NCBI RefSeq assembly: GCF_006345805.1
Contig: NC_043013.1
Location: 32,922,001-32,986,000 of the forward strand
DNA from: Octopus sinensis
Lineage: Eukaryota
Direction of reading: 5' to 3'
DNA: 64,000 bases
The position numbers and the translations under genes are program-made. Shown here piece after piece: positions 13,450 through 26,061 of the stretch; position 1 is the first letter of the stretch, and each line of letters opens with the position of its first letter. A model generated the notes under the pieces. It saw only the letters and a list, made by a program, of their open reading frames with translations, was not told where the DNA came from and did no database searches.

Positions 13450-13654
13450 TTGTGTGTACGTGAGTGCGTATAGAAGTGTAATTATCTCCTCATATATATA
13501 CGTATGTAATTATGTATGTATGTATGTACATATATATATATATATGTATATATATGTATATATATATGTGTGTATATATATATGTATATATATATGTATA
13601 TATATGTATGTATATATATATATATATATATGTATGTATATATATATATATATA

Positions 13655-13693
<39 letters not shown>

Positions 13694-14223
13694 CTGTGTG
13701 TACGTATGTATGTCGTGTCATGTCTTTCAAAAAAAAAAAAAAAGAAGCAATTTAAGATGCTTGTCATAAAGTAAGATATAAAGAAGATTGTGGAAAATAC
13801 GTTCTCGATGTTCTTGCCATTAGTTAATGTCAGTATAGCTTTTGATTTTTGACACGAGTAAAAACCTTTGCTGGACCTCAAAGGCAAAGCTGGCTGGTAT
13901 TTTTCAATGATTGTTCGCTAGATTTTACGTGGTCGGTGAATCTTTGAAAATCGATTATAATAAATGCGCCAATAACGCAAGCTGGGCAAGAAGATTTTGC
14001 AATTTTTAGCCACATCCGTCTCTTTCGGACATAATGCTTCTGCATAGCTGACCATTATAATCTTCAGTTATTAACTCCACCGCCAAAAGTGGTTGCTGTG
14101 CTTAACGTTATATATTTAGATGTGTGCGCATGTCTATTCATTCTCTCTGTGTATTTATTCGTCCTCTTGTTCAAAATGGCTGGCAGGTCTTCCTGTCTCC
14201 ATGTCGGTCGTTGAGTCTGTCTG

Positions 14224-14224
<1 letters not shown>

Positions 14225-14292
<68 letters not shown>
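14225..14292. repeat. (TATC)n microsatellite
   Basis: Directly visible run. Confidence 0.95.
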
Positions 14293-14365
14293 ACCTGCAT
14301 ATATTTATGAATATATATATAAATATATGCATGCACACACATAGACGCACCCCACTTACATACAT

Positions 14366-14396
<31 letters not shown>

Positions 14397-14424
14397 GTTA
14401 TGTATATATATATATATATAGTTA

Positions 14425-14469
<45 letters not shown>

Positions 14470-15059
14470 TCAAAGTATGTGATATTTTATTTGAACCTAC
14501 GTATTTACACGTGCACGTATTAAGAATTTGTTGTTCATGTGCACGCTCACACACACACACACACACACACATACAGCCCCTATATATATATGTATACACA
14601 CATGTGTATATATGCATACGCATATGTATTATAGACACATGTGTGTATGTATGCATTCTTATATTGATCTATGTTTGTGTGTATATATATGTATGTGTGT
14701 ATGTACACACACACATACACACATATATTTTACATGCAATCATTCAATTATATTTGCATACATTCCTCAATATCATTGAAACTGATATATGTATGTGTGT
14801 ACGAGGATACGTGTATATATATATATATATATGTGTGTGTGTATGTGTGTGTGTATACATATATATATATATACGTATATACATACACATATATACACAA
14901 TTTGAGCTATTACCAAGATGTTTGGCGCGTATCATTCAAGATGACCTAACCAGTCTTTTAATTCTATTCCTTCTCTCTTTCTATCATTTCCAACCTCCGC
15001 CTCTTTTTCTCTCTCTTTTACACTCTCTTTATCTTTGTGTGTGTGTGTGTGTGTATGTG

Positions 15060-15097
<38 letters not shown>

Positions 15098-15849
15098 GTG
15101 TGTGTGTGTTTTCGTACTGTCTTGTCTTGGAAAAGACTGACGATTTTAGGGTTCAAAAGGGTTGCGAAAACCTGGGCAAAACTTCATCCGACCATCTCAC
15201 AAACTATGCCCAACGCTGAATGTTAATTCATGTCGTGGTCTGATTTATGCTTTGGGAACACAAAAGGTGACGCTCAAGGGAAGATAATAATAAAGAGAAG
15301 AAAAAAAAACCCACACATAAGCAAGCAATATTATCGGTCCGTCTCTATGAGACATAGATGAGAGAGAATCCTGTGTTATTTATAAATATATCCAACTTAT
15401 ACAGTCGTAAATTCTTCACCCCTACATCTCTTTCTCTCTCTCTCTCTCTCTCTTTCTTCTTTCTCCTTCTTCTTCCTAACCATTTTCTCTTTCTTTTCAC
15501 TTTTCACTTCCATAATTTCATTTTCTCACTCAATTACATATTCTCCTCTCACAATCACTACCACCTCCCCCGCTACCATAATGTTTTCAGATATAATTGA
15601 ACATAGGAAGGTAGTGGATTGTTGAATCGGTCAGGCCTTTTCGGATAAAGTTCTCTGTGGAATTTTTGTTACGTCATTCCTTTACGTTCTGAGTTCAAAT
15701 CCTGTTCAAGTTGACAACGTCCACCATTATTACTTTGCAAAATAAACGATAAAATAAAATAAAATAAGTATACTTGAAAACCTCCATAAAGTAAATATAA
15801 CTAAAAGCCAAAAGGAAGACATAACTGGTTTTGAAACACCGAAGTTGAA

Positions 15850-16431
15850 AATACATCCACCTAAAGGAAAGAGCAGGGAACATCGAATCAGTGGAGCAAC
15901 GGACAAGATGTTTTCTGGTAATTATATTTATTTACGTCCTACCTGTATATTCAAAGAGGACTGATCTTAGTCAAATAACATTTGTATCAGCATTTTACTT
16001 AGATACATTGAATCGCTCTACATTTCTGCGAATAAATCTTGGCCTTGAGCCTTTAGGTGATCGTAGGGTTAGGGTTAGGGTTAGGGTTAGGGTTAAGGTT
16101 AGGCCTGTGTGATTTAGAAGTTCGCTTAGCAAATGTTACGCGAAATAGTTTTCAATACATCCACCCAAAGGAAAGACCAGTGAATATAGAATCAGTGGAG
16201 CAACGGGAAAAATGTCCTCTGGTAATTATATTTATTTAATTCCTACCTGTACATGCGACGATGACTGATTTAACATTTCATATGCCTTAGTCAAATAACA
16301 TATGTATCAGTATTTTACTGAGATACATTGACTTGCTCTACATTTCTGCATATAAATCTGGTCCTCGAGCGTTTAGGTGGTCGTAGATATGCCTGTGTGA
16401 TTTAGAATTTCGCTTAGCAAATATTACGCGA
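15850..16431. repeat. Diverged ~300-bp tandem duplication (15850-16143 and 16154-16431)
   Basis: Shared blocks AATACATCCAC, GAATCAGTGGAGCAACGG, CTGGTAATTAT, CTTAGTCAAATAACAT, GCTCTACATTTCTGC, GCCTGTGTGATTTAGAA, TTCGCTTAGCAAAT and TTACGCGA; start-to-start period 304. Confidence 0.9.
16064..16103 (+). repeat. Interstitial telomere-type (TTAGGG)n tract
   Basis: TAGGG(TTAGGG)4TTAAGGTTAGG; absent from the paralogous position (16381-16397). Confidence 0.85.
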
Positions 16432-16681
16432 TTTAGGGCTCAATCCCACTGAACGGAACCGTTAGAAAGCGTTTTATGTCACAAGCTGAGGTTGACTGAA
16501 GGAATGTGAGCGAAGTTTGATAGAATGGCAATATGAAAGCGCATCGTGGTTTCGTCCACGTACTGATATTCTTACGTCAGTACATTTATTCCGTCATTTG
16601 GTTTAACATTATAGTCTTACCTTTTTCTTTCTCTCGAGCCGAGACCATTGAATGTATTGCTGTTATACAAATAAATATCCT

Positions 16682-17148
16682 TTTTCTACACTAGGCACAA
16701 GGCCTGAAATTTTGGAGGAGGGGAAAAGTCGATTAGATCGACTCCAGTACGCAACTGTTACTTAATTTATCGACCCCGAAAGGATAAAAGGCAAAGTTGA
16801 CCTTGGTAGTATTTGAACTCAGAACGTAAAGACAGATGAAATACCTATTTCTTTACTGGCCACAAGGGGCTACTCACAGAGGGGACAAACAAGGACAGAC
16901 AAACGGATTAAGTCGATTATATCGACCCCAGTGCGTTACTGGTACTTAATTAATCGACCCCGAAAGGATGAAAGGCAAAGTCGACCTCGGCGGAATTTGA
17001 ACTCAGAATGTAGCCGCAGACGAAATACCTATTTCTTTACTAACCATAAGGGGCTAAACACAGAGGGAACAAACAAGGACAGACAAACGGATTAAGTCGA
17101 TTATATCGACTTAATCTGTTGGTCTGTCCTTGTTTGTTCCCTCTGTGT
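16682..17148 (-). mobile_element. Family-A SINE multimer (A' unit + 184-bp A unit + partial A unit) ending in a fold-back hairpin
   Basis: Junctions GAAATACC|TATTTCTTT at 16845|16846 and 17029|17030; inverted arms 17058-17101 and 17105-17148. Confidence 0.88.
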
Positions 17149-17149
17149 C

Positions 17150-17327
17150 TATATATCTATCTGTATACCTACCTACCTGTCTCTCTGTTTGTCTGTCAGT
17201 CTGTTTTTCTATCTGCCTTTATGCCTGTTAGTCTGTCTATCTGTCTGTCTGTCTGTCGGTATCGCTTTCGCTTCTATGATTGCATGTATGTATGTATGTA
17301 TGTATGTATCTATCCATCAATCCATCA

Positions 17328-17394
<67 letters not shown>

Positions 17395-17399
17395 CATCC

Positions 17400-17473
<74 letters not shown>

Positions 17474-17605
17474 ATACCTACCTACCTGTCAGACAGTCTC
17501 TGTTTCTGTCTGCCAGTATGCCTGTCAGTCTGTCTATCTGCCTGTCGGTCTATCTCTCTCTCTCACTCTCTCTATCTATCCTTCTAAGTTAGCATATATG
17601 TATCC

Positions 17606-17684
<79 letters not shown>

Positions 17685-17742
17685 CCTCTTTCTCTTTGTC
17701 TGTTTGTCTGTCTGTCTCTATCTCTCTACCTATCTATCTATA
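17150..17742. repeat. Compound (TATC)n/(TGTC)n/(TATG)n tetranucleotide region
   Basis: Directly visible runs. Confidence 0.9.
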
Positions 17743-18096
17743 GTGCATGTAAGTATGAAGATGTGCGCGCGAGTGTGTGCGTGTATATGTGTGTATGTGA
17801 GTGTGAGTATGTGTTTGTTCATGCCCGCCTCGCTTCACAATCCGTGATGGTTTGATTCCGGTCCTCTAACTCAGTGGTTCGAAAGAAACAAAAGCGATAG
17901 AATACGAAGGTCACTTAAAATAATGTTGATGTGCTTGACTATATTCTTTATGATTATACTCCAGCTTGGCCGCAGCCCTATGACTTTAACAGCTAAAAGA
18001 ATGAACCCATACATAAATCGTTACAAATAAATATATGTGTATACAAGCAGATACTGAGACTCACTGACGCACGCACACGCATACACTTTTCTAATT

Positions 18097-18176
<80 letters not shown>

Positions 18177-18304
18177 TGTGTGTGTGAGTGTGTATGTGTG
18201 TATGTATATACATTATGTATTTATATGCATACATACATATATTATGTATGTATAGACATATATATATATACATATACATATATATATATATATACATACG
18301 CACA

Positions 18305-18335
<31 letters not shown>

Positions 18336-19841
18336 GTAAATAGATATATATATATGTATGTGTATATAGATATGTATATATATATATATAAGGATATATA
18401 TATATAAATATCTACACACATACCTACCTATCTATGTACCTACCTACCTATTTGCGTACATGCACATATAACCCCCGTATATTTATATGCATACATACAT
18501 ACATATATATATATATTATATATATATATATATATAATATATATATATATATATAATATATATATATATACATACATACATACATTCATATATAAGTGCG
18601 TATATGTGCATATAACTTTATATCTAAATACATATTTGAATGTATAGGTATTTGAGTCTGTCTTTATATATGTGTATGTGTGCGTGAGAGTGTGTGCGCG
18701 TGCATTTTTACGCATACTCCAAACCGCATAGTGATATTTGTGTATGTATGTGCACTAGTGTTTGTGGTGTGCATGTGTGCATGTGTGTATGTGTGTGTTT
18801 TTCCGTGACTCTGTTTCCATTCTTAAGTCTTCAAGTAGTCGTTTGAAAAAAATTAATTTGAAATATTTAATATCAATTACCAAAGTAACAGCACCTGACG
18901 TCAATTTGTGCTGTGTTATCGAAACATCTGTTAGAATTAATATAAGAAACATGAAGAACAACAACAATAGCAGGAACAACTACATTAATGAACAGACAAG
19001 AAAAATATATTAAAAAAAAGTGGAGTAAATTGAAGAATTAGCAGAAACAAATTGGTCTCTTGGTGATCAAATGACAATGTTCTTTATAAAAAATCTTCAA
19101 ATTGCATTTTTCATAATTAGCTTTCTGATATCGGCGCCGAAATATTAATGAAGACTTGTTTTAACGAATTTTGCACTTCGCTATGGTTAACCTTGGTGAT
19201 ACAACGTCAAATTATAAGCTGAGAGATTAATGGTTCGAAATTCGACGCCAACGTTGGCAGAACACTTTAACTGGATAGAGGATGGAACCTTAATATGGTA
19301 CTTTCAGTTGCTAAAAGGAGCAGAGAAATGCCCTTCAAATTATATACCATGCCGTGATAAGTATATAAACAGAACCAATTTACATGGAATACGTATTCTA
19401 GTCTATAATCCTTACATTCCGTTCTTTTTCATAAAGAATTTAGTCATTCCATTACCATGCGACCAATGGCTTTTGCTAATTTTTCAACACATCCCTATAT
19501 ATATACATTTACAGTTCCACACTGATGGCGGAGGTCACATATACCCAATGTTTATTTGGTCCTATTGCTAGTTGCATATTTTTCTGAACTACATCTGCAA
19601 CAGTATGAAGTAAATCTGAGCCTCCAGAGACAGCTGTCGGATTTGTAACGCCGTACACTCACCTCTGTAATTTCCTGTGTGTTTGTACTCTGCGCAAGTT
19701 CGCTCTTTTAATATACACATATCTATATGTGCATACTTGAATGTTTCGCTTTCTCTCTTTTCACATGTGTACATATATGTGTATTTTGTATATGTAACCT
19801 AAAAAGTTTTATTTGTTTATTTCAATCATTATCTCTCCCCC

Positions 19842-19877
<36 letters not shown>

Positions 19878-19960
19878 GCATATACATACGTACATATCTC
19901 TCTCCCCCTCTCTCTCTCTGTATATATATATGTGTGTGGGTGTGTGTGAGTGTGTGTGTG

Positions 19961-19997
<37 letters not shown>

Positions 19998-20199
19998 TCC
20001 CCTCTCCCCCCATCTCCTCTTTCTACACTACACCATACGACATTACACATCACATCATACATACATACACACGTCCAGACCTTTCATACGCACTACATAC
20101 TTTCTCATACACACACGCACCCTTATGTTGGGGCGAAGTCATTTGACCCTGTTATCTCCCCTATTTTCGCTCTTGCGTCTCACGTTTGATCTCTGACTT

Positions 20200-20424
20200 C
20201 TGGCCAGAATCAGATCGCCATGTTGAATAGCTAGCTTCTGCACGCATTTTTTTCCTCTCCTTGCTTCTCTCCGTGTTTCTTTTCTGTGTATCTTTCTGTT
20301 GAAGAGCGTAGGCTCGAAACGTAATAGACTTGTTTTATTTATATTCCTGAGCGCCATACTAATACAATTGTTTGTTTGTACTCCACCTGCCTTCGTCTTT
20401 GTTTATTTTCATAAAGCTTCCCGT
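20200..20424 (+). mobile_element. Short hammerhead-bearing repeat element ending in (TA)n; boundaries approximate
   Basis: Contains the fold at 20291-20328; 3' end ..AAAGCTTCCCG(TA)n resembles the remnant GAATTCTCCCC(TA)n near 6388. Confidence 0.45.
20291..20328 (+). ncRNA. Minimal type-I hammerhead ribozyme, A6U core variant with one-nt insertion before stem II
   Basis: TCTTT-CTGTTGA-A-GAGC-gtag-GCTC-GAA-ACGT-A-ATAGA: stem I 4 of 5 pairs, 4-bp stem II, palindromic ACGU stem III, GUA triplet. Confidence 0.6.
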
Positions 20425-20457
<33 letters not shown>

Positions 20458-20473
20458 TTATATGTATATATAT

Positions 20474-20537
<64 letters not shown>

Positions 20538-20717
20538 GCATATATGCATACGTATATGTACGTACATATATATATACATCATCCTTATAAATATGTGTCT
20601 GTCTATCTGTATATATATATATATACATACATACATACATACGTGTATACATACACACAAACACACACACACACATATATATAATATGTACACAATGTTG
20701 TTTATATATACATACAT

Positions 20718-20765
<48 letters not shown>

Positions 20766-20766
20766 G

Positions 20767-21685
20767 TATTTAAAAATTAATTACTACGAGTAGAAATTTA
20801 TATTAGTAAATAACGCAAACTTTAACCGGAGGCTAGCGTTCGTAAAAACGTCCGAGGACTGTAAATTATATTCAAATATATAAATAAGAGGAAAGACCAC
20901 TAAGTGGATTCCTTGTATGTTAAAAATAGACGTCAAAGCTGTTAATTCCATACCTCGAAGTTTCGCCATAAATAATTAAGGAATTATCCGTGTATAATAG
21001 TGGTACTCTATACGCACATGTCCTCTCACGTAGACGATTAGTATCAAGTTCAGTTATTATGTGTCGGCAGCGATTTTACTGAGGTGCCACAGATAATTCC
21101 TTGATTATTTATGGCGAAACTTCGAGGTATGGAATTAACTGCTTTTTAAAAAAAAATTCTTTCTTTGTCTTGCTCGCAAATATCTAGCGCACTGCTAATT
21201 TGAGAACACCGTTTTCGTGGTAGGAAGATTTAGCGTCTATCTTCAGCATACAAGGAATCCACTCAGTAGTCTTTCCTCTTATTGATATATTTGAATATAA
21301 TTTGCAGTCCTCGGACGTTTTTTTTACGAATGCTGGCCACCAGTTTAAATTGGTATTATTTGATAATGTTAATTTCTACACTAAGTATTTAATTTTTAAA
21401 TATTCTTGTTCTCTAGTCAGTTAATTCATTGCGGTCTTTTTCTGGCTTGGCTCGATAATTGAAGACATTTGAATCGGAATTGCGATGTATAATAGTGGAA
21501 CTCTATACGCACAAGACCTCTCACGGAGACGATTGGTATCTAATTCAATCATTATGTGTCGGCAGCGATTTCACTGAGGATCCACGGATAATTTGAGAAC
21601 TGCTAATTTCAGAATACATTTTTCGTGGTAGGACGAGTTGGCGTCTAACTCCAGCATGCAAGGAATCAACTTAGTGGTCTTTCCT

Positions 21686-21690
<5 letters not shown>
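20767..21690. mobile_element. Penelope-like pseudo-LTR complex: inverted partial copy + sense copy + tandem partial copy
   Basis: 20767-20932 is the reverse complement of 21234-21402 (about 85% by manual alignment). 20936-20992 is the reverse complement of 21088-21144 (54/57). 21486-21690 directly repeats 20991-21097 joined to 21190-21281. Flanked by (TA)n on both sides. Confidence 0.75.
21072..21136 (+). ncRNA. Type-I hammerhead ribozyme (A9 altered in this copy; intact CUGAGGA in the partial copy at 21574-21580)
   Basis: GATTTTA-CTGAGGT-GCCA(cagataa..ttattta)TGGC-GAA-ACTTCGAGGT-A-TGGAATT. Stem I pairs fully with wobbles; stem III is a 10-nt near-palindrome; GUA triplet at 21127-21129. Confidence 0.62.
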
Positions 21691-21757
<67 letters not shown>

Positions 21758-23453
21758 CTTTGCAAAGTAAGGAGCCCGGATGTATGACATGCATGCTTCC
21801 TAACGAACCGGTAAAAATAAGGAAGCCGCTACAAATTACATCTATCTTACCTGTAATATTTCCAGTTAAATCATGAAATGAGATGAAGACTAAAGACGAT
21901 ATGAAGCAGTTTTCGGATGTATTCTGACTGAAATGAGTGGCATGTTAGATAAAATATCCACGATGTCTCAGAAAACATTTAATCTCCGTTGGTTAAATGG
22001 TGAAAAATGCCCTCTTCTACGTTATACATGTCTTGTGAATGCGATTTTAACAATAGTACAAGGCCGACTAGTCAATTTTCACTGTACCTTTTCTAATTGA
22101 GTAGTCTCTGTGCCTAGCTGTTCACATACAACCTGCTAATTTGCCTCGTATTTTTCGTCAAAAATAGTTGTGTAATTATTTGAATTCTTTTTATTAGATA
22201 AAATTCAAAATTTGGATTTGAATGACACAACTAAATCGTTACGCCGCTATTTTTTCTACCAAATGAAAACAAATATATAAAATCGAAGACTTATACATGT
22301 AATCTGAAATCGCCATCTTCGTTTTGAAAGGGAACATGTTACTCGAAATATATAAAATATTAAATGCGAACTAAATACTATACAAACTAAATAGTGTAAA
22401 CGGTTTGACACACACGCACGCACACAAACACATGTGTGTGCTTGTGTGTTGCGAACGATTTTGTATCAAGTTAGGAAGACACCAACGGTGTTGAACAAAA
22501 GAAGCTTGTAGTATTTCGTTCCGGCTCGCTTTCGTCAGTTACACAAGCTCCTCATCTTCCATCCTTTACAGAACCAATAAATATGACAAAATAAACGCGG
22601 ACAAAGAGTACTTAACCAAACCAAAACCTTCTAAAGTCAGTGCCCCAGCATGGTCACAATCCAAAGATTATATAAACTAATATATAAAATAATTCATTCT
22701 GTTTGTCACGTTGGTAGACATCTCAAGTTGAACTTTATTAGAGAAAAAAATAAAAACAAACAAATAGAATGAGAACTAATAAATAAAAATAATGAAAAAG
22801 GACGATAATATATAATTTCAACTTGTATTTGAGGAATAGTGGAGATGCTCAATTGAATTGTACATTATTCTTAATGTATTAATAATGAGAAACTTAAATT
22901 TCATTTGTTTGTATCTAATTTGTCATCTTAAGTATTTTACTGCCCTTAAGAGCAAGTAAGACAACGTGTCTTCGAAAGAGCCGGCATTCATTAATCGTGT
23001 GCTTTTTATATGTTAATTTCTATATAAGTATTCAGAGAAATGACACATGTGTAGGTTTAGGTAGACGTGTGTATGTAACAAAATATTTGTGTATAGATAT
23101 GTCTAGCTGTGAGTATGCGTTTGACTGTGTGTACATATGTATATATATATATATGCATATATACGTGTATAGGTGTCCCTGTGCTTGTATGTGTTTATGT
23201 TGTATGTAAGTGCCTTTCTTTTATGTTTATTCACTGTTTACGGAGAAAGAGAGAGAGAGAGAGAGAGTGAGGGGGTACGTGAGAGAGATTGAGGGACACA
23301 CAAAAGCTCTAATTAGATTGTCTAATCGCATTTACATATAGGCATACACATACACAAACTCACGCCTATATGCATTATAACCACACGCACACACATATAT
23401 ATATATATATTGTTACATATATAGACATAGATGTGTGCGTATGCATATGTGTA

Positions 23454-23494
<41 letters not shown>

Positions 23495-24102
23495 GTATTC
23501 CGGTTTTTGTAGCCTCTTATCCATTAGTACTTGTCAAACTTAATTCACTTGTTCGGTAAGTTAGGCAAGTGTTAAGTCTACACATAGAAAATCTGGACTT
23601 CTGCCATATCTAATCTAGTCTGAACTTCAAAGAGAGATCAAGAGAGAGATCAAGAAAGAGAGAAAAAAAAGGAGAGAGAGCGAGAAAGAGACAGAGAGAG
23701 TGACAAAGAGAACGAGGAGAAAAGAGAGAGAGAGAGAAAAAAAGGAGAGAGAAGGAAAAAGAGATGTCTTTTTTTCCTGTTTCTTCGTATCTGGGCTCAT
23801 TCCAGACACAGACATAATAAATAAATAAATAAATAAATAAATAAACAAACAAATAAATCAGTAAATTGATAAATAAATGAAGAAAGTTTTGTTCATTTAA
23901 CTTGGGAAAGGAGAAACGTATTTACTTTTCTTGGATAAAAATGGCACAATTTCTAATTTTTCTGTTTCATGTAAAGTTTGTTAACTCCTTGGTAACCAAA
24001 CCAAACTAAATCAAACATGTCTCTAGTAACCACAAGAGCGTAGAGTTTTCTTCTTACTGATGTCGTCATCGCTGTTGTTGTTGCAGTTGTCATATGCACT
24101 CA

Positions 24103-24672
24103 GGCGGTGAGATGGCAGAATCGTTAGCACGCCGGGCGAAATGCGTAGCCGTATTTCGTTTGCCGTTACGTTCTGAGTTCAAATTCCGCCGAGGTCGACT
24201 TTGTCTTTCATCCTTTCGGGGTCGATTAAATAAGTACGAGTTACGCACTGAGGTCGACATAATCGACTTATTCCGTTTTCTGTCCTTGTTTGTCCTTTCT
24301 GTGTTTAGCCCCATGTGGGTAGTAAAGAAATAGGTATTTCGTCTGCCGTTACGTTCTGAGTTCAAATTTCGCCGAGGTCGACTTTGCCTTTCATCCTTTC
24401 GGGGTCGATAAATTAAGTATCAGTTATGCACTGGAGTCAATGTAATCGACTTAATCCGTTTGTCTGTCCTTGTTTGTCCCCTCTGTGTTTTGCCCCTTGT
24501 GGGCAATAAAGAAATAGGTACTTAGTCTATTTTTACGTTCTGAGTTCAAATTCCGCCGAGGTCGACTTTACCTTTTATCCTTTTGTAGTCGATGAATTAA
24601 GTACCAGCTGCGTACTGGGGTTGATCTATTCGATGGCTCCTTCCCCACACACTTCGGACTTTGTGCCTAGTG
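24103..24672 (+). mobile_element. Family-A SINE trimer: head + A + A (184 bp) + diverged A' unit
   Basis: Junctions AAAGAAATA|GGTA at 24332|24333 and 24516|24517. Confidence 0.9.
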
Positions 24673-25489
24673 TATGCATTCGACCTCATGTCGGCAATTA
24701 TCGAGCAGACGCATGCGCGAATATATGCCAGTTATGTCCAACCTACTCCTTTTGTCAAGCATGGTACATTTAAGATTAAGTGTTTAATGTGTAACCGACA
24801 TATATCTATAAAAATGGCAGTACGTCGGTTGGAAGCGATTCTGGCTATTACGTCTAGTGAGACGTGCGACAGTGTAAGTCACAATTGCGCTGGATAGTTT
24901 TTTTTTGTTGTTGTTGAGCCACAGAGGCGATGAACTGGCATAGTCGTTATAACGAAAGACTAAATTCTTTGTTCCGTCTCTCTGTGTTCTAAGTTCAAAT
25001 TCAATGGATTTGCACTACTTTACCTGCAATGGATCGATGGAATATATTACCTGTCCAGAGCGGTGGATTGGCGATATTGTTTGAGCTTTAGACGCTTATT
25101 TGAGATTGTTTGAGCTATGCGATATTTATTCTAGGTCTCTGCTTTCTGAGTTTAAATCGAAACATTTTATGCTTTCTAAGTCGATAGGGCAATGGTATTC
25201 AGGATGTATTAGAGACTTGATGAGGTGCCTTGTAGTAGTTTTCTCGGTTGAAAATCTATCCCGTCAGCTGTTTAAGCATCACTTCTTTGCCTTTGGATGT
25301 CTTTCGCTTCTGGCTAAATCTCTTCTTTACGAATAACTCTCTCAAATTTTAGTTCTTCAATTATGCGTGATGACCATCCCTCCCAAATTCGTGATCAAAA
25401 ATACGGAGAAAGCCTTGACTTCCCCATTTTATATACAAACTCACGCGACCCTATACTAAGCTCTGTAGTATACATTGTATAATTTAAGC

Positions 25490-26012
25490 TAGCAGAATCG
25501 TTAGGATGCCGGGTAAAATGCTTAGCGGCATTTCGTCCGGCTTTACATTCTGATTTCAAATTTCACCGAAGTAGACTTTATCTGTCATCCTTTCGGGGTC
25601 GATAAATTAAGTCCCAGTTGAGCTCTGGGGTTGATGCAACCAACTTAGTCCCTCCCAGACATTATTGGTCTTGTGTCAAAATTTGAAGTCGTTATTATGG
25701 TATGATTTTCCCGAATCTCAGCTGCTATTTTTAGCAGGATGAATGATAATGTGGGAGCTGAGTCCTTAGGTTGTATCTGTAGTTGTTGTGTAGCCACAAA
25801 TCTCGCCTGATCGAGAAGACTTACGACGAGAAGCGTTTCAGCTACGACCATCCCATCTGGTTAGGAGTATTCTTTTTTACTCTAGGCAAAAGGCCCGAGA
25901 TTTTGGAGGAGGGGGGCAGTCAATTAAATCGACCCCAGTACACAACTGGTATTTAATTTATCGACCCCGAAATGATGAAAAGCAAAGTCGACATCGGCGG
26001 AATTTGAACTCA
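25490..26012. mobile_element. Two family-A/A' SINE remnants (plus about 25490-25690, minus about 25875-26012)
   Basis: Body motifs CCTTTCGGGGTCGATAAATTAAG and TTTATCGACCCCGAAA..GAATTTGAACTC. Confidence 0.7.
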
Positions 26013-26061
26013 TCTTTTTAAGAGTATTCTAGAACGTTGTCATCTGCTCTTGCCTTTTTAA

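Noticed and set aside
14015-14075. Minus-strand CTGAAGA..hairpin..CCGAAA hammerhead-like motif
   Set aside because: The base of stem II is unpaired, and no stem III/GUH or stem I complement was found; at most a decayed relic.
21760-22330. Non-repetitive stretch possibly from a DNA transposon
   Set aside because: No TIR, TSD or transposase motif could be identified by eye.
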